Origin: an uncultured delta proteobacterium
GTDB lineage: Bacteria > Myxococcota_A > Polyangia > Polyangiales > B10-G4
DNA: 64,000 bases
NCBI GenBank assembly: GCA_963727445.1
Contig: CAVSGI010000021.1
Location: 32,001-96,000, forward strand
Reading direction: 5' to 3'
Shown here: positions 40,226-49,388 of the stretch, one piece after another
Layout of the letters: each line of letters opens with the position of its first letter
Position numbering within the stretch: the first letter of the stretch is position 1
Notes under the pieces: generated by a model
Told to the model about the DNA's origin: nothing
The model's input: the letters and a program-made list of their open reading frames with translations, nothing else
The model's database searches: none
Made by a program: the position numbers and the translations under genes

Positions 40226-41377
40226 GTGAGCGCATTCAACGGCATCACATTGGACCGGTACGCGCAGCTCGCGGCAGTCGTTGGGGATACGCAGGATCCG
40301 GCGGAGCAGGCGCGCCTCGTCGCAGGGGAGGGTGTGGCCGCCGCCGACTGGGAGGCCGCCAAGGCGGGCTGGACCGCCAAGATGCAGGACATGAACGACA
40401 TGGGTCAGACCGCGACCCAGTACATGGCGCTCTACAACGCGTACCTCGCCGAAAGGCGCGGTGGTCAGGTCACGGTGAGCTTCGAGGACTACGCAGCGAT
40501 GAGCGCCACGCTCAAGGCGCGGGGCTTCGAGGGCATGCTGGCGTTCTATGGGATCTCCCAGGCGGACTGGACGCAGATCGCGAACCACTGGAACACGACC
40601 ATGGGGCAGGCGCCGCAGCAGTACGCGCACTTCCACGGCATGGTCGAGCAGGACTCGCAGCGCATCCTCGCGGGAGGCCAGCCTCGCCCGGCCTCGATCG
40701 GCAAGGCGAACCTCGCCACTCCGATGCCTGCGGCGGCGCACGCGCCACCCGCTGCGAACCCTGCGATGGCGGCGGGCTACGGAGCTCCGATGGCAAACCC
40801 GGCAGCGGCTGCGCAGGCCAACGCGATGGCCGCCGCGGGCCTGCCCGGCGCGATCCCCGGCATGGCGCCGGGCGCGAATCCCTACGCCCAAGCACAAGGA
40901 GCGCTGAAGTCCGCGGGCAGCAGCTTGAAGATGATGCAGATCGCGTTCGCCGCGCTTGGCGTGCTCGGCGCGCTGGTGGGAATCGTGGTCGCGATCTTCG
41001 TCAGCGTGATCGCGGGGATCATGCTCATCTTCACTGGGCTGACTTTCGCCGGCGTGGCGTACTTCTCGCTCCCCAAGTTCATGGGAATGCTCGGGAGCAG
41101 CACGGCGATGGTGAACCAGCTCAGCGCCAACCATCATCTCGCTCAGACGGGCGTGCCCGCCAAGGCGCGCATCATGTCGATCCAGCAGACCGGAACCATG
41201 GTGAACATGAACCCGCAGGTCCAATGCCTGCTGGAGGTGCAGGGCCCCCAGGGCCCCTACCAGGTACAGACGATGTCCGTGGTGCCCCAGATTCGCATCC
41301 CACAGTTCCAGCCGGGCGCGACCGTCGACGTGCGCGTCGACCCGACGAACCCCCAGGTCGTGTCGTTGGTGGTCTAG
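40226..41377 (+). CDS. Membrane protein: two N-terminal helical repeats (DUF6620-like), Pro/Ala linker, 2 TM, DUF3592-like C-terminus
   Basis: RBS ggggagg plus GTG; ITLDRYA..WEAAKAGW and VSFEDYA..WTQIANHW; GVPAKARI..QTGTMVNMNP..VRVDPTNP. Confidence 0.8.
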   Translation: MSAFNGITLDRYAQLAAVVGDTQDPAEQARLVAGEGVAAADWEAAKAGWTAKMQDMNDMGQTATQYMALYNAYLAERRGGQVTVSFEDYAAMSATLKARGFEGMLAFYGISQADWTQIANHWNTTMGQAPQQYAHFHGMVEQDSQRILAGGQPRPASIGKANLATPMPAAAHAPPAANPAMAAGYGAPMANPAAAAQANAMAAAGLPGAIPGMAPGANPYAQAQGALKSAGSSLKMMQIAFAALGVLGALVGIVVAIFVSVIAGIMLIFTGLTFAGVAYFSLPKFMGMLGSSTAMVNQLSANHHLAQTGVPAKARIMSIQQTGTMVNMNPQVQCLLEVQGPQGPYQVQTMSVVPQIRIPQFQPGATVDVRVDPTNPQVVSLVV

Positions 41378-41392
41378 CAGTACCCTGGCGGG

Positions 41393-41827
41393 ATGACCCA
41401 AGGCTATCGAGAGAGCGCGAACGAGGACCGGTCCATCCTGGTCACGGCGTTCGCGGGCAAGTTGTTCGGCCTCCATCGGGACGATGGTTGCATTGCCTGG
41501 ACGCGCTTGCTGGGGGGCGGCCACGAGGTCGAGATCCTGATCGACTGCGGCCGTGTGTACGCGACGCAGGGCCGCGAGGTGCACTGTGTCGACTATGAGA
41601 CTGGCGAGCTCGTCTGGGAGGTGAAGATGCCCAACGCGTACGAGGGTCGTCCCACCATGGTCGTCGAGCGTGATCATCTCTTCGTCGGCAGCGCCGGCGA
41701 GGTCAGCTGTCTGTCGCTGCAGGGCGAGGTTGTCTGGACCCAGCACTTCGTGAACATGGGCATCGGCGCCGTCGCCCTCGGCTTCCCAGGCAACGTCCGG
41801 CAAGCCGCCGACTGGGGAGGCAAATAG
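41393..41827 (+). CDS. Small PQQ-like beta-propeller repeat protein
   Basis: LFGLHRDDGCIAW, VHCVDYETGELVW, VSCLSLQGEVVW. Confidence 0.85.
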   Translation: MTQGYRESANEDRSILVTAFAGKLFGLHRDDGCIAWTRLLGGGHEVEILIDCGRVYATQGREVHCVDYETGELVWEVKMPNAYEGRPTMVVERDHLFVGSAGEVSCLSLQGEVVWTQHFVNMGIGAVALGFPGNVRQAADWGGK

Positions 41828-41902
41828 GCGTGGGATCTCAAAATCTGCTGATCGCCATCGGGGGGAGATCGATCGCCGAAGGCGTTCGAGCGAGGATGGA
41901 GA

Positions 41903-42460
41903 TCACTCGAGGGGGCGAATCGTGGCGCAGATGTTCTCGATGCACTGAGCGACGTCCGCGTCCTCCACGTGATCGGCGTGACGGCACATGAAGTACTGCT
42001 CGCCGAAAGTTCGGAACGTGGCGGTGCTCAAACCGCCCCCGATGCTCTCGCCCAAGCGTGCACGGGCGTTCCATCCGTCGTCGACCACCTCTCGGGTGAT
42101 CACCTCGCCCCCGCCGAGCGTGGAGTCCTCGATGTAGGTGTCCAGCTCCTGGGGCCGAGGGACCTGCACGACGGCCACCACGCACCCCGGCGTTCCCGTC
42201 GTGATGTGGAAAGCGGGCATGGGCGTGCTCGTGGGCAGGTCGTGCGCTTCGATGCGGCTGCCCGCAGGCAGCTCGAGGGAAACCGGCAGGTTGCCCACTG
42301 GCAGGCGTGAGACGGCGGGTGCGGCTTCGGGTGTGGGCGCCGGGGGCGGCGTGGGAGGAGGCGCTGGAGGCACCGGCACCGCCTCGGCAGGAGAAGTCGT
42401 GTCGTCACACCCCCCAGACCCGATCGCCAGGAGGGCAATGATGGCCGCCATCCTCATCAT
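41903..42460 (-). CDS. Hypothetical lipoprotein
   Basis: AIIALLAIGSGGC, Pro-rich linker. Confidence 0.7.
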   Translation of the reverse strand: MMRMAAIIALLAIGSGGCDDTTSPAEAVPVPPAPPPTPPPAPTPEAAPAVSRLPVGNLPVSLELPAGSRIEAHDLPTSTPMPAFHITTGTPGCVVAVVQVPRPQELDTYIEDSTLGGGEVITREVVDDGWNARARLGESIGGGLSTATFRTFGEQYFMCRHADHVEDADVAQCIENICATIRPLE

Positions 42461-42658
42461 GGCTACGGGTTCCCACAGATCGGCCTCGAAGGGCAACACC
42501 GAATCACACCCGGCGCCCTGCATCCTGTAGCTCCTCCGCCGCATCGGCGACGCGCGCGCGCCTCGGCATCCATCAGGCTCACGACGACGCCGGTCGAGGC
42601 CAGGGTGGCACGGGCGACTTGGACGCGAGGGAGCGACGCCATGTTTGCCACACCGGGC

Positions 42659-43501
42659 TCAACGCGTGCGGATGGACGCTCGATCGGCGCCGTTTCGCCC
42701 CAGGGCGAGGGCTCCGCGCTCGGCTGCGAAGCGAAGGGCGTCCACGAGGGGCCGGCCTTCGGCGAGCCCCCAGGTGAGGGCCGCCGCAAACGAGTCCCCT
42801 GCGCCATACGAGTCGGCGGGTGGATCGGCGAGCGGCACCGCGGCGAAGCGACCGCGCTCCCCCGTCGCTGTCTCGTAGCGTCCGCCGTCGGCGCCTTCCG
42901 TCTCGACCACCGCGAGCGGTCGAGGTTCGAGGTCTCCGGGCGAGTAGGCCTCGCCGGCGTCGCGCGCGCTGCGGACGAGGACATCGACTTGGACGCGCGC
43001 CTCACGGAGAACGCCGAGCGCGCGGGCGGTGGCAACGAGGACGCGGGCGCGTCTCGCCTGGCGCACCGCCTCGGCGTCGCCCTTGCAGAAGTAGACGGCG
43101 TCGGCTTCGTCGAGCTGGTTCCAAGCGAGCGCATCCGCGCCGCGTGGGGCGAGGGGCGGCGCGAGAACGGTGATCGTTCGTTCGCCCTCCTGGTCATCCA
43201 AGAGCGTGAACACGCGCGGATGCGGCGCCTCACGCTCGGCCGCGAACAGGGCGTGGCCTCGCGCGTCGAGCGCCGCGCGGACGGAGCGCCCGACCGGGTC
43301 GCCACCGATCGCGGTGAAGAACATCGCGTCATCTTGCTCGGCGGAGAGCCGCGCCATCTCCGCCGCCGCCACGGCCCCGCCTCCGGCGGCCTCGTCCCAG
43401 CTCACCCGAGCGCGCGCGATCTCGCCCGCCTCGGGCACTCGGTCGACGCGCGCGAACGTCACCCATTCGACGTGCCCCACGACCGCGCCTCTCACCGACA
43501 T
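42659..43501 (-). CDS. PfkB/ribokinase family carbohydrate kinase
   Basis: AGGGAVAA, GERTI, DSYGAGDSFAAAL. Confidence 0.92.
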   Translation of the reverse strand: MSVRGAVVGHVEWVTFARVDRVPEAGEIARARVSWDEAAGGGAVAAAEMARLSAEQDDAMFFTAIGGDPVGRSVRAALDARGHALFAAEREAPHPRVFTLLDDQEGERTITVLAPPLAPRGADALAWNQLDEADAVYFCKGDAEAVRQARRARVLVATARALGVLREARVQVDVLVRSARDAGEAYSPGDLEPRPLAVVETEGADGGRYETATGERGRFAAVPLADPPADSYGAGDSFAAALTWGLAEGRPLVDALRFAAERGALALGRNGADRASIRTR

Positions 43502-43609
43502 GGACCTCATCTATCACGATCTGCACGTCGATCCTCAGGTTCACGACCGGTGCCCGCTCGCGACCGCCCGCCAGGAACGGGTCGCGAAGATGGCAATCGC
43601 CCACAGCGA

Positions 43610-44236
43610 TCAGCGCAGGGTTCCAGCGTGGGCGCCCGCGAGGACCGTTCGGACCGCGGCGCGCAGCCACGCCACGTCGAGCGGACGCGAGGCGCTGCGG
43701 GAATCGACGATGGCACGAACGAAGTCCAGGACGCGCTGCGCATCGGTTCCTTCGGGCAGCTCGCCTCGATCGATGGCGCGGGTGACCATCCGCTTCCACT
43801 CGTCGCTGCGCTCCTTCACCACCTGGGCGATGATCGCTTCGACCTCGGGGTCGTGTCGCTCTTCGAGGAGCCGGGCCCACGCGCGACCCTGTCGCTTCCG
43901 ACCGAATTCGAAGCGCCGGGTGAACGCCTCGACCAGATCGCCCTCGAGTGTTCCGGTATCGGGCAGCGGGCTCTCGCGAAGGGGCGTCCGCATCCGAGTC
44001 ACTAGCGCCGCGACCAGCGCCCTGCGATTCGGCCAGCGTCGGTAGATCGTCGTCTTGTTGACGCCGGCCCGAGACGCGACCGCCTCCATTCGAAAGCGGC
44101 CGTAGCCCGAGCGCCCGAGCTCGACGAGGGCGGCATCGAGTGCGCGGCGGACTACCTCATCGCTCCGGCCCCCCAAGATCCCTCGGGTGCGGCGCGAAGC
44201 CTCGAGAGAGCGTCCCACGGACTCGGACGCTACCAT
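43610..44236 (-). CDS. TetR/AcrR family transcriptional regulator
   Basis: VASRAGVNKTTIYRRWP HTH, PDTGTLEGDL. Confidence 0.92.
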   Translation of the reverse strand: MVASESVGRSLEASRRTRGILGGRSDEVVRRALDAALVELGRSGYGRFRMEAVASRAGVNKTTIYRRWPNRRALVAALVTRMRTPLRESPLPDTGTLEGDLVEAFTRRFEFGRKRQGRAWARLLEERHDPEVEAIIAQVVKERSDEWKRMVTRAIDRGELPEGTDAQRVLDFVRAIVDSRSASRPLDVAWLRAAVRTVLAGAHAGTLR

Positions 44237-44247
44237 CGCGTCGACCG

Positions 44248-44317
44248 AGATGGCAACTAGTTGTTGCCATCTGGTCCGGAGCCGCGCTAGCGTGTGATCT
44301 GGCAACCCGACGTTGCC
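44248..44317. promoter_or_regulatory. Two putative TetR operators, GGCAAC-N5-GTTGCC
   Basis: AGATGGCAAC-N5-GTTGCCATCT (44248-44272, perfect 10-bp arms) and GGCAAC-N5-GTTGCC (44301-44317) between divergent genes. Confidence 0.8.
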
Positions 44318-44331
44318 TTTGGGGAGGCTCG

Positions 44332-44655
44332 ATGCGCTGGGATCACGTTGCGGCAACCTTCTTCGGCGGCGTCTTCCTCGCGAACTTCGTCCCCCACCTC
44401 GTCGCCGGCGTGTCGGGCCGCGACTTCCCCACCCCGTTCGCAAAGCCGCCGTTCCGTGGGCTCTCGACCCCTGTCGTGAACGTCCTCTGGAGTTTGATCA
44501 ATCTGACGGTCGCCTACGCCCTGCTCATCGTCGTCGGGCACCTGGAGCTGCTCGACGTCGGTCGCGTCGGCGTTGCGGCGAGCGGTTTCGGCCTCGCATC
44601 TCTCTTCATCGCGCGCTCGGTCACCAAGCTTCGGGGTCTGGCCCGGATCCGCTGA
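44332..44655 (+). CDS. Small membrane protein
   Basis: RBS ggggagg; FLANFVPHLVAGVSG..FPTPFAKPP..NVLWS; about 3 TM. Confidence 0.8.
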   Translation: MRWDHVAATFFGGVFLANFVPHLVAGVSGRDFPTPFAKPPFRGLSTPVVNVLWSLINLTVAYALLIVVGHLELLDVGRVGVAASGFGLASLFIARSVTKLRGLARIR

Positions 44656-44714
44656 TGCGAGAACCGGCGCTCTGGCCCTCCGCTCGCCGGCGGAGGACCA
44701 GAGCCTCTGACGCG

Positions 44715-45503
44715 CTATTGCGCGTGCGCCATCATGGCCTCGAGCGCGGCTTGATCCGGTCCGACGAAGGGATCGGCCGTGGGGACGGATCGCAGCGTCG
44801 AAATCATGCGCTCCAGTAGCGTGCCCGGAGCCGCGGGGAGGTGGCTGCTGAGTATGAGCCTCGGGTCGAGGTGGCCGACCCGGTCCAGCGTGTCGGCAAA
44901 CCTTGCCGCATCCGCGCCATGGAGCCACGGCGCGTCGATGGTCGCCCAACGGGTCTGACCGCTCCGCAGCACCTCCTCGCCCAGCTCCGCGGCGTCATCG
45001 GGTACGGCGTCGAGCAACGCACCGAAGCTATCGGAGCTGAACAGCGCCTTGGACTTGCTGTCGAAGAAGCCGACGGTGGCGGGGTTGTCGAAGGTCGGCG
45101 GCCGAAGCGCGTGGAGCGTGCGTTCCCCGACCTCGAGCCGCTGGCCGGGGTTGATGAGAAAGACGCGCTCCATCGGCAGCGGCGACACCAGGCCCAACAT
45201 GCCAACGCCGAGGAACGTGGTGGCGACTCGGAGATGGTCGTTGTCACCGAGCAGTTGCGCCAGCGCGCCGGTGTGATCCGGATCGGGATGGGTCAGCCAG
45301 ATCCACTCGAGATCAGCGGGATCGATGACCGAGCGGAGCGCGGTCATGAACGAATCCCGCATCACGCCCGCGCCCGTGTCCACCAGGATCGGTTGCGAAC
45401 CGTGGAGCACGAAGGCGTTGATCGGGACGAAACCGAGTCCGGGGATCGGGAAGGCGGTTGTCAGCACGTCGATGTCGGGTGCGGCCTTGTACGTGGTGAT
45501 CAT
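44715..45503 (-). CDS. Metallo-beta-lactamase fold protein (FprA/ODP-like)
   Basis: NAFVL..LVDTG, THPDPDH, LFSSDSFG, LSSH; overlaps upstream stop. Confidence 0.88.
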   Translation of the reverse strand: MITTYKAAPDIDVLTTAFPIPGLGFVPINAFVLHGSQPILVDTGAGVMRDSFMTALRSVIDPADLEWIWLTHPDPDHTGALAQLLGDNDHLRVATTFLGVGMLGLVSPLPMERVFLINPGQRLEVGERTLHALRPPTFDNPATVGFFDSKSKALFSSDSFGALLDAVPDDAAELGEEVLRSGQTRWATIDAPWLHGADAARFADTLDRVGHLDPRLILSSHLPAAPGTLLERMISTLRSVPTADPFVGPDQAALEAMMAHAQ

Positions 45504-45925
45504 CACGAATTCCCTTCCGCGTCCTGGCTCGCCAGCGCCTCGACGATGGTCGCCGTGTCGGTGTATTCGTGGAACTCGACGACCTTGCCGCGCCGAAGTC
45601 CGAACACGTGGACCCAATCGACTTCGTACGCTCGTTTGGTTTCGCGCGCCTTCATCCGCTCCGTGCCGAAGACGATGACCTGGTTCCCGCTCACCACCCA
45701 GTGTTGCGGGACGAATTGATCGACTTCGACGTGTGAGCCGACGGCCTGGAAGAATCCGGCCACGGCCTCCCGCCCCGAACGCTTCCCGCCCCAGGGGATG
45801 TCCCGCGGGCGGGGGTGCTGCCACTCGACATCTTCACTCAGGAGGGCGAGCACGGCCTCCAGATCCTGGCGCCCAAAGGCTGCATAGAGCGCTTCGACGA
45901 CTTGCGTGTTGTTTGTCTCGTCCAT
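45503..45925 (-). CDS. SnoaL/NTF2-like protein
   Basis: LYAAFGRQD..SEDVEW..WVHVF..EYTDTA. Confidence 0.88.
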   Translation of the reverse strand: MDETNNTQVVEALYAAFGRQDLEAVLALLSEDVEWQHPRPRDIPWGGKRSGREAVAGFFQAVGSHVEVDQFVPQHWVVSGNQVIVFGTERMKARETKRAYEVDWVHVFGLRRGKVVEFHEYTDTATIVEALASQDAEGNS

Positions 45926-45936
45926 GCTTCTGAACC

Positions 45937-46341
45937 TCAGCCCGGGAGCCCGTTGAAGCAGTCGCACATCACCGAGACGACACCATCCTCGTGACGCTTG
46001 TAGACCGTCAGATACGTGCCACCCACCGGGCCGCCCGCGGATCCGTCACGCGGCGCCATGGTCGCCGTCCACGCACCGTGCTCGACGATGACGTCTCCGG
46101 ACTGGTCGCTGGGCCCGGGCGTCAGCTCGAACCCTTCGAAGCGAACGGCCTCGAAAGCCTTCGAGAACCAGCCCCGGATCGCATCGTGTCCAATCAGCGC
46201 TGGTGCACCGGGCGGCAGGAACGTGCCCTGGCTCGCGAAGATGCCCACCGCCCCCTCGATGTCGCCACGGTTGACGGCTTCGATGTGCCGCGCACGCACC
46301 GCCGACACCAGAGCGCTCGTAGAATTATCGTTCGATTTCAT
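45937..46341 (-). CDS. SnoaL/DUF4440 (YybH-like) protein
   Basis: AVNRGD..PPGAPALIGHDAIR..GTYLTVYKR. Confidence 0.85.
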   Translation of the reverse strand: MKSNDNSTSALVSAVRARHIEAVNRGDIEGAVGIFASQGTFLPPGAPALIGHDAIRGWFSKAFEAVRFEGFELTPGPSDQSGDVIVEHGAWTATMAPRDGSAGGPVGGTYLTVYKRHEDGVVSVMCDCFNGLPG

Positions 46342-46435
46342 GAAGTTTCCTTTCGGCTAGGGGCGCGTGGGCGCCCGAATCGCTTCGATCACTCCGACCA
46401 TAGGCGGTCCAGCAACAAGCCGGTAGACTAGGAAA

Positions 46436-47356
46436 ATGACATTGGGTGGTCCGAAAACAGACCACATCTCGAAGCTCTCGTGGGACGACCTTCGGGTGGC
46501 CTTGGCCCTTGGCCGGGCCGGCTCGGTCCGCGCCGCGTCGCGGCTGCTCGGCGTCAGCCATTCGACGATCTTGCGGCGCCTCGAATCCCTCGAGAGCTCG
46601 ACGGACACCAAGCTCTTCGAACGGGGTCCAACGGGCTGGGAGATGACGGCGGCCGGACAGGACGTGTTCGACAGCGCCGGTGAGCTCGAAGCCATCGTGC
46701 TCGGTCTCGAGCGGCGCGTCGAGGGACGCGACCTTCGCCTGGCGGGTCCGGTGCGCGTGGCCTTGCCCGAGCCGCTCCTTCCAGCGATTTTGCCAGACCT
46801 GCTCCGCTTCTCTGCCGAGCACCCCGACATCGAGCTCACGACGACCGTGAGCGATACCTACGTCGACCTCTCACTTCGTGAAGCAGACATAGCGCTTCGC
46901 GTCGCCATCGAACCATCGCCGACCCTCTTCGGCCGACGCGTCGCCATGACCGCGTGCGCGGTCTACGGGACGAACCGATACATCGAGGGCAGGTCGGTCC
47001 GTGATATCGAAAAGCTCGACTGGGTAGGGCTCCCGATCGAATCGAACGCACACTTCGCCCAGTGGATGAACCGGAACGTGCCGGACGCGCGGGTGGCGCT
47101 CCGTGTCGACGCGGAGTCATCCGTACGGGAAGCCGTCGAGGCCAACGCCGGCGTCGCCATCGTGCCATGCGTGGTCGCCAACATCCGTGGGTATCGCTTG
47201 GTCAGGAGGTTGCCCGAGCTCGACGCCCCGCTGTGGGTTCTCACCCATCAGGACCTTCGCAGCCAAGCGCGCTTGCGCGCTTGCCGGGATTTTCTCACGG
47301 CGGCGATCGCAGACAAGCGCCACCTGTTCGTGGGCCAGGCCGCACCACCTGGCTGA
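46436..47356 (+). CDS. LysR family transcriptional regulator
   Basis: WDDLR..GSVRAASRLLGVSHSTILRRL..LFER; DLSLREADIALR; divergent from the SnoaL-SnoaL-MBL operon. Confidence 0.93.
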   Translation: MTLGGPKTDHISKLSWDDLRVALALGRAGSVRAASRLLGVSHSTILRRLESLESSTDTKLFERGPTGWEMTAAGQDVFDSAGELEAIVLGLERRVEGRDLRLAGPVRVALPEPLLPAILPDLLRFSAEHPDIELTTTVSDTYVDLSLREADIALRVAIEPSPTLFGRRVAMTACAVYGTNRYIEGRSVRDIEKLDWVGLPIESNAHFAQWMNRNVPDARVALRVDAESSVREAVEANAGVAIVPCVVANIRGYRLVRRLPELDAPLWVLTHQDLRSQARLRACRDFLTAAIADKRHLFVGQAAPPG

Positions 47357-47397
47357 AGCACTCGAGGAGCCGGCGGAACGTCAGTCTCGATCTGTTC

Positions 47398-48381
47398 TCA
47401 TCGCTCGGTGCGTATGCCCATCTCACCCAGCGCACGGAAGTAGGGTACGAGCTGATCGGGGCCGTTGCCGTAGAGATAGATGGCCAACGCGCCCTCCGCG
47501 ACTCCCTCCCGCGTGCATGCTGCGGCGCGAGCCGCGCTCACGTGGTTGGTTGCCACGCTGAACGAGTTCATCGAGATCTCGAACCCGAGCCTCTGTCGCG
47601 AGACCTCTCGACCATCGAACTCGCGCAGACGGCTCCGCACCGCTCGGCGGAAGTAGCTCGCTCCTCGAAGGCACGCGCCCTGAATCTGCGCCAGCTCGTA
47701 GTCCATGTTCGAGGCGCGGGTGATGTTGCCGTCGTCGACGGTGCGCCCGGCCCAGGCCGGGCAGAAGCCGGCCTGCTTTCCGAGGGCAGCGATGGAGCGC
47801 GAGTAGCGGCGAAGCCGATCGATCGACCACGAGAGCGTGTGCGAATCGACGGCGGCTCCCTCCCAGTCGACCACGATCCCGCTGATGTCGGGGCCGGTGC
47901 GGAGCGCACGGTCCATCTCGTCGGGATAGGCGATGAAGTGAACCCGGTTGCACGGAAACATCTGCTGAATCCGTTGCACGTGAGTCGAGCGCCGCTCAAT
48001 CATGAAGATGTCTCGGGGCCGCAGGAACCCGCGGATCTCCTCCAGATGCATGACCTCCGCCGCGGCTTGTGCCTCGCGCTCGCTCACGTGAATGACGAAG
48101 GTGACCCCCTCCGGGCTCAGAACGCTGGGGTCCTCCGGACACGCCACCGAAGTCGCGGCGTCGTTCGCGTCCGCCTCGATCGGGGTGGCGGCGTCGAAGG
48201 AAGCCCTCGGCTCCGCCGCGTCGATCGTCTCTGCTGCGTCGCGGATCTCGGCGACGCCGGAATCGTCGCTCGGCATCGCGCCGCCGTCGTCCATCGGCGC
48301 AGCGCACCCGAGCAGCATCACCGCCCCGAAAAGCGCGGAATCGAACCATCCGTGACGGAAGCGGTGGAGGGTCTTCTTCAT
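47398..48381 (-). CDS. Hypothetical lipoprotein, possible glycoside-hydrolase-like TIM barrel
   Basis: MLLGC lipobox; ISGIVVDWEG. Confidence 0.75.
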   Translation of the reverse strand: MKKTLHRFRHGWFDSALFGAVMLLGCAAPMDDGGAMPSDDSGVAEIRDAAETIDAAEPRASFDAATPIEADANDAATSVACPEDPSVLSPEGVTFVIHVSEREAQAAAEVMHLEEIRGFLRPRDIFMIERRSTHVQRIQQMFPCNRVHFIAYPDEMDRALRTGPDISGIVVDWEGAAVDSHTLSWSIDRLRRYSRSIAALGKQAGFCPAWAGRTVDDGNITRASNMDYELAQIQGACLRGASYFRRAVRSRLREFDGREVSRQRLGFEISMNSFSVATNHVSAARAAACTREGVAEGALAIYLYGNGPDQLVPYFRALGEMGIRTER

Positions 48382-48565
48382 CCACGGGCGTTAGTGCAAC
48401 TCCCGTTCCCCCACGCTTCCTGGGCCTTTCGGCGACGGTGAGCGATCCCTTGTGCAGAACCCGCGCAACGCGGCGGGGAGTCGTGACCTCGTCAGGCCAT
48501 CCGGCCCCCACGAAGCTCCCCAACGGTGAGGAGCGTCGCCGGCGAACGGGGCGTTCGCCGCCCGA

Positions 48566-49222
48566 TCACCCACAGCTTCGAAACTTGAGCAGGACACCCA
48601 GGGCCATGTTGATCACGGAGATCGCCATCGCGGCCGTGCTGAGCCCATGCCCCTTGAGCCGTCCGCCGGACATTTCGATGTCCCGCATCGCCTTGATCGC
48701 GATCGGCAGCCCGATGAGCGGGCAGAGAAACGCGAAGACGAGGGCCGCGACGGCCATCCCCGACGTCCGCGCGGGCGTGTTGCGGACCTGCCCGGCGAGC
48801 GCGATCTGCTCCGCCATCAAGGGCGGGGGCGCGGCGAAGCCGGCGGGCGTTTCCGGCGTCGGCGCAGCCGAGCCGCCTCCCGCCGTTCCGGTGGCCGACG
48901 CCCGCACGAGCATCCCGCGATCGAAGAAGGTTCCGTGCTCGGAGCACCTCAGGACCGCGACGCCGTTGACGTTCGCGCGCGCGAGCGACGCTCCGCAGGT
49001 CGAGCAGACCGCGGCGCTCGACGTGTCGGGCTCCGAGGATGCGTTGCCGGCGATGCTCATCAGCATCTCAATCGTCTTCGGCGTGAGCCCACCGGCCGCT
49101 GCCTCCACCGACGCGGGGTCGAGCCAGACCCCGCCGCAACGCGAACACGCGTTCAAGACGACGTCCGGCGCCCGAGAGACGGTGAGCGGAGCTCGGCAAC
49201 GCGGACACTGGTGATCCGACAC
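48566..49222 (-). CDS. Double TFIIB-type zinc ribbon plus DUF4190-like membrane domain
   Basis: CPRC..CSRCGGVWLD, CSTC..CSEHGTFFD, TSGMAVAALVF..GHGLSTAA. Confidence 0.85.
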   Translation of the reverse strand: MSDHQCPRCRAPLTVSRAPDVVLNACSRCGGVWLDPASVEAAAGGLTPKTIEMLMSIAGNASSEPDTSSAAVCSTCGASLARANVNGVAVLRCSEHGTFFDRGMLVRASATGTAGGGSAAPTPETPAGFAAPPPLMAEQIALAGQVRNTPARTSGMAVAALVFAFLCPLIGLPIAIKAMRDIEMSGGRLKGHGLSTAAMAISVINMALGVLLKFRSCG

Positions 49223-49388
49223 GCGACTACCCTACTACATCGAAGGGGGAGGTCGGTCTCCGGCGATTGACGGACGGGCGCCGCTCGTACGCTTCTTCGA
49301 CGTCGAGCACGCTGCACACTGCAAGGCTGCGCTTGCGTCCCGTGTCCACGACTTCGGACCCCCGGTCTCGCGATGCTAGGCTGTCTTC

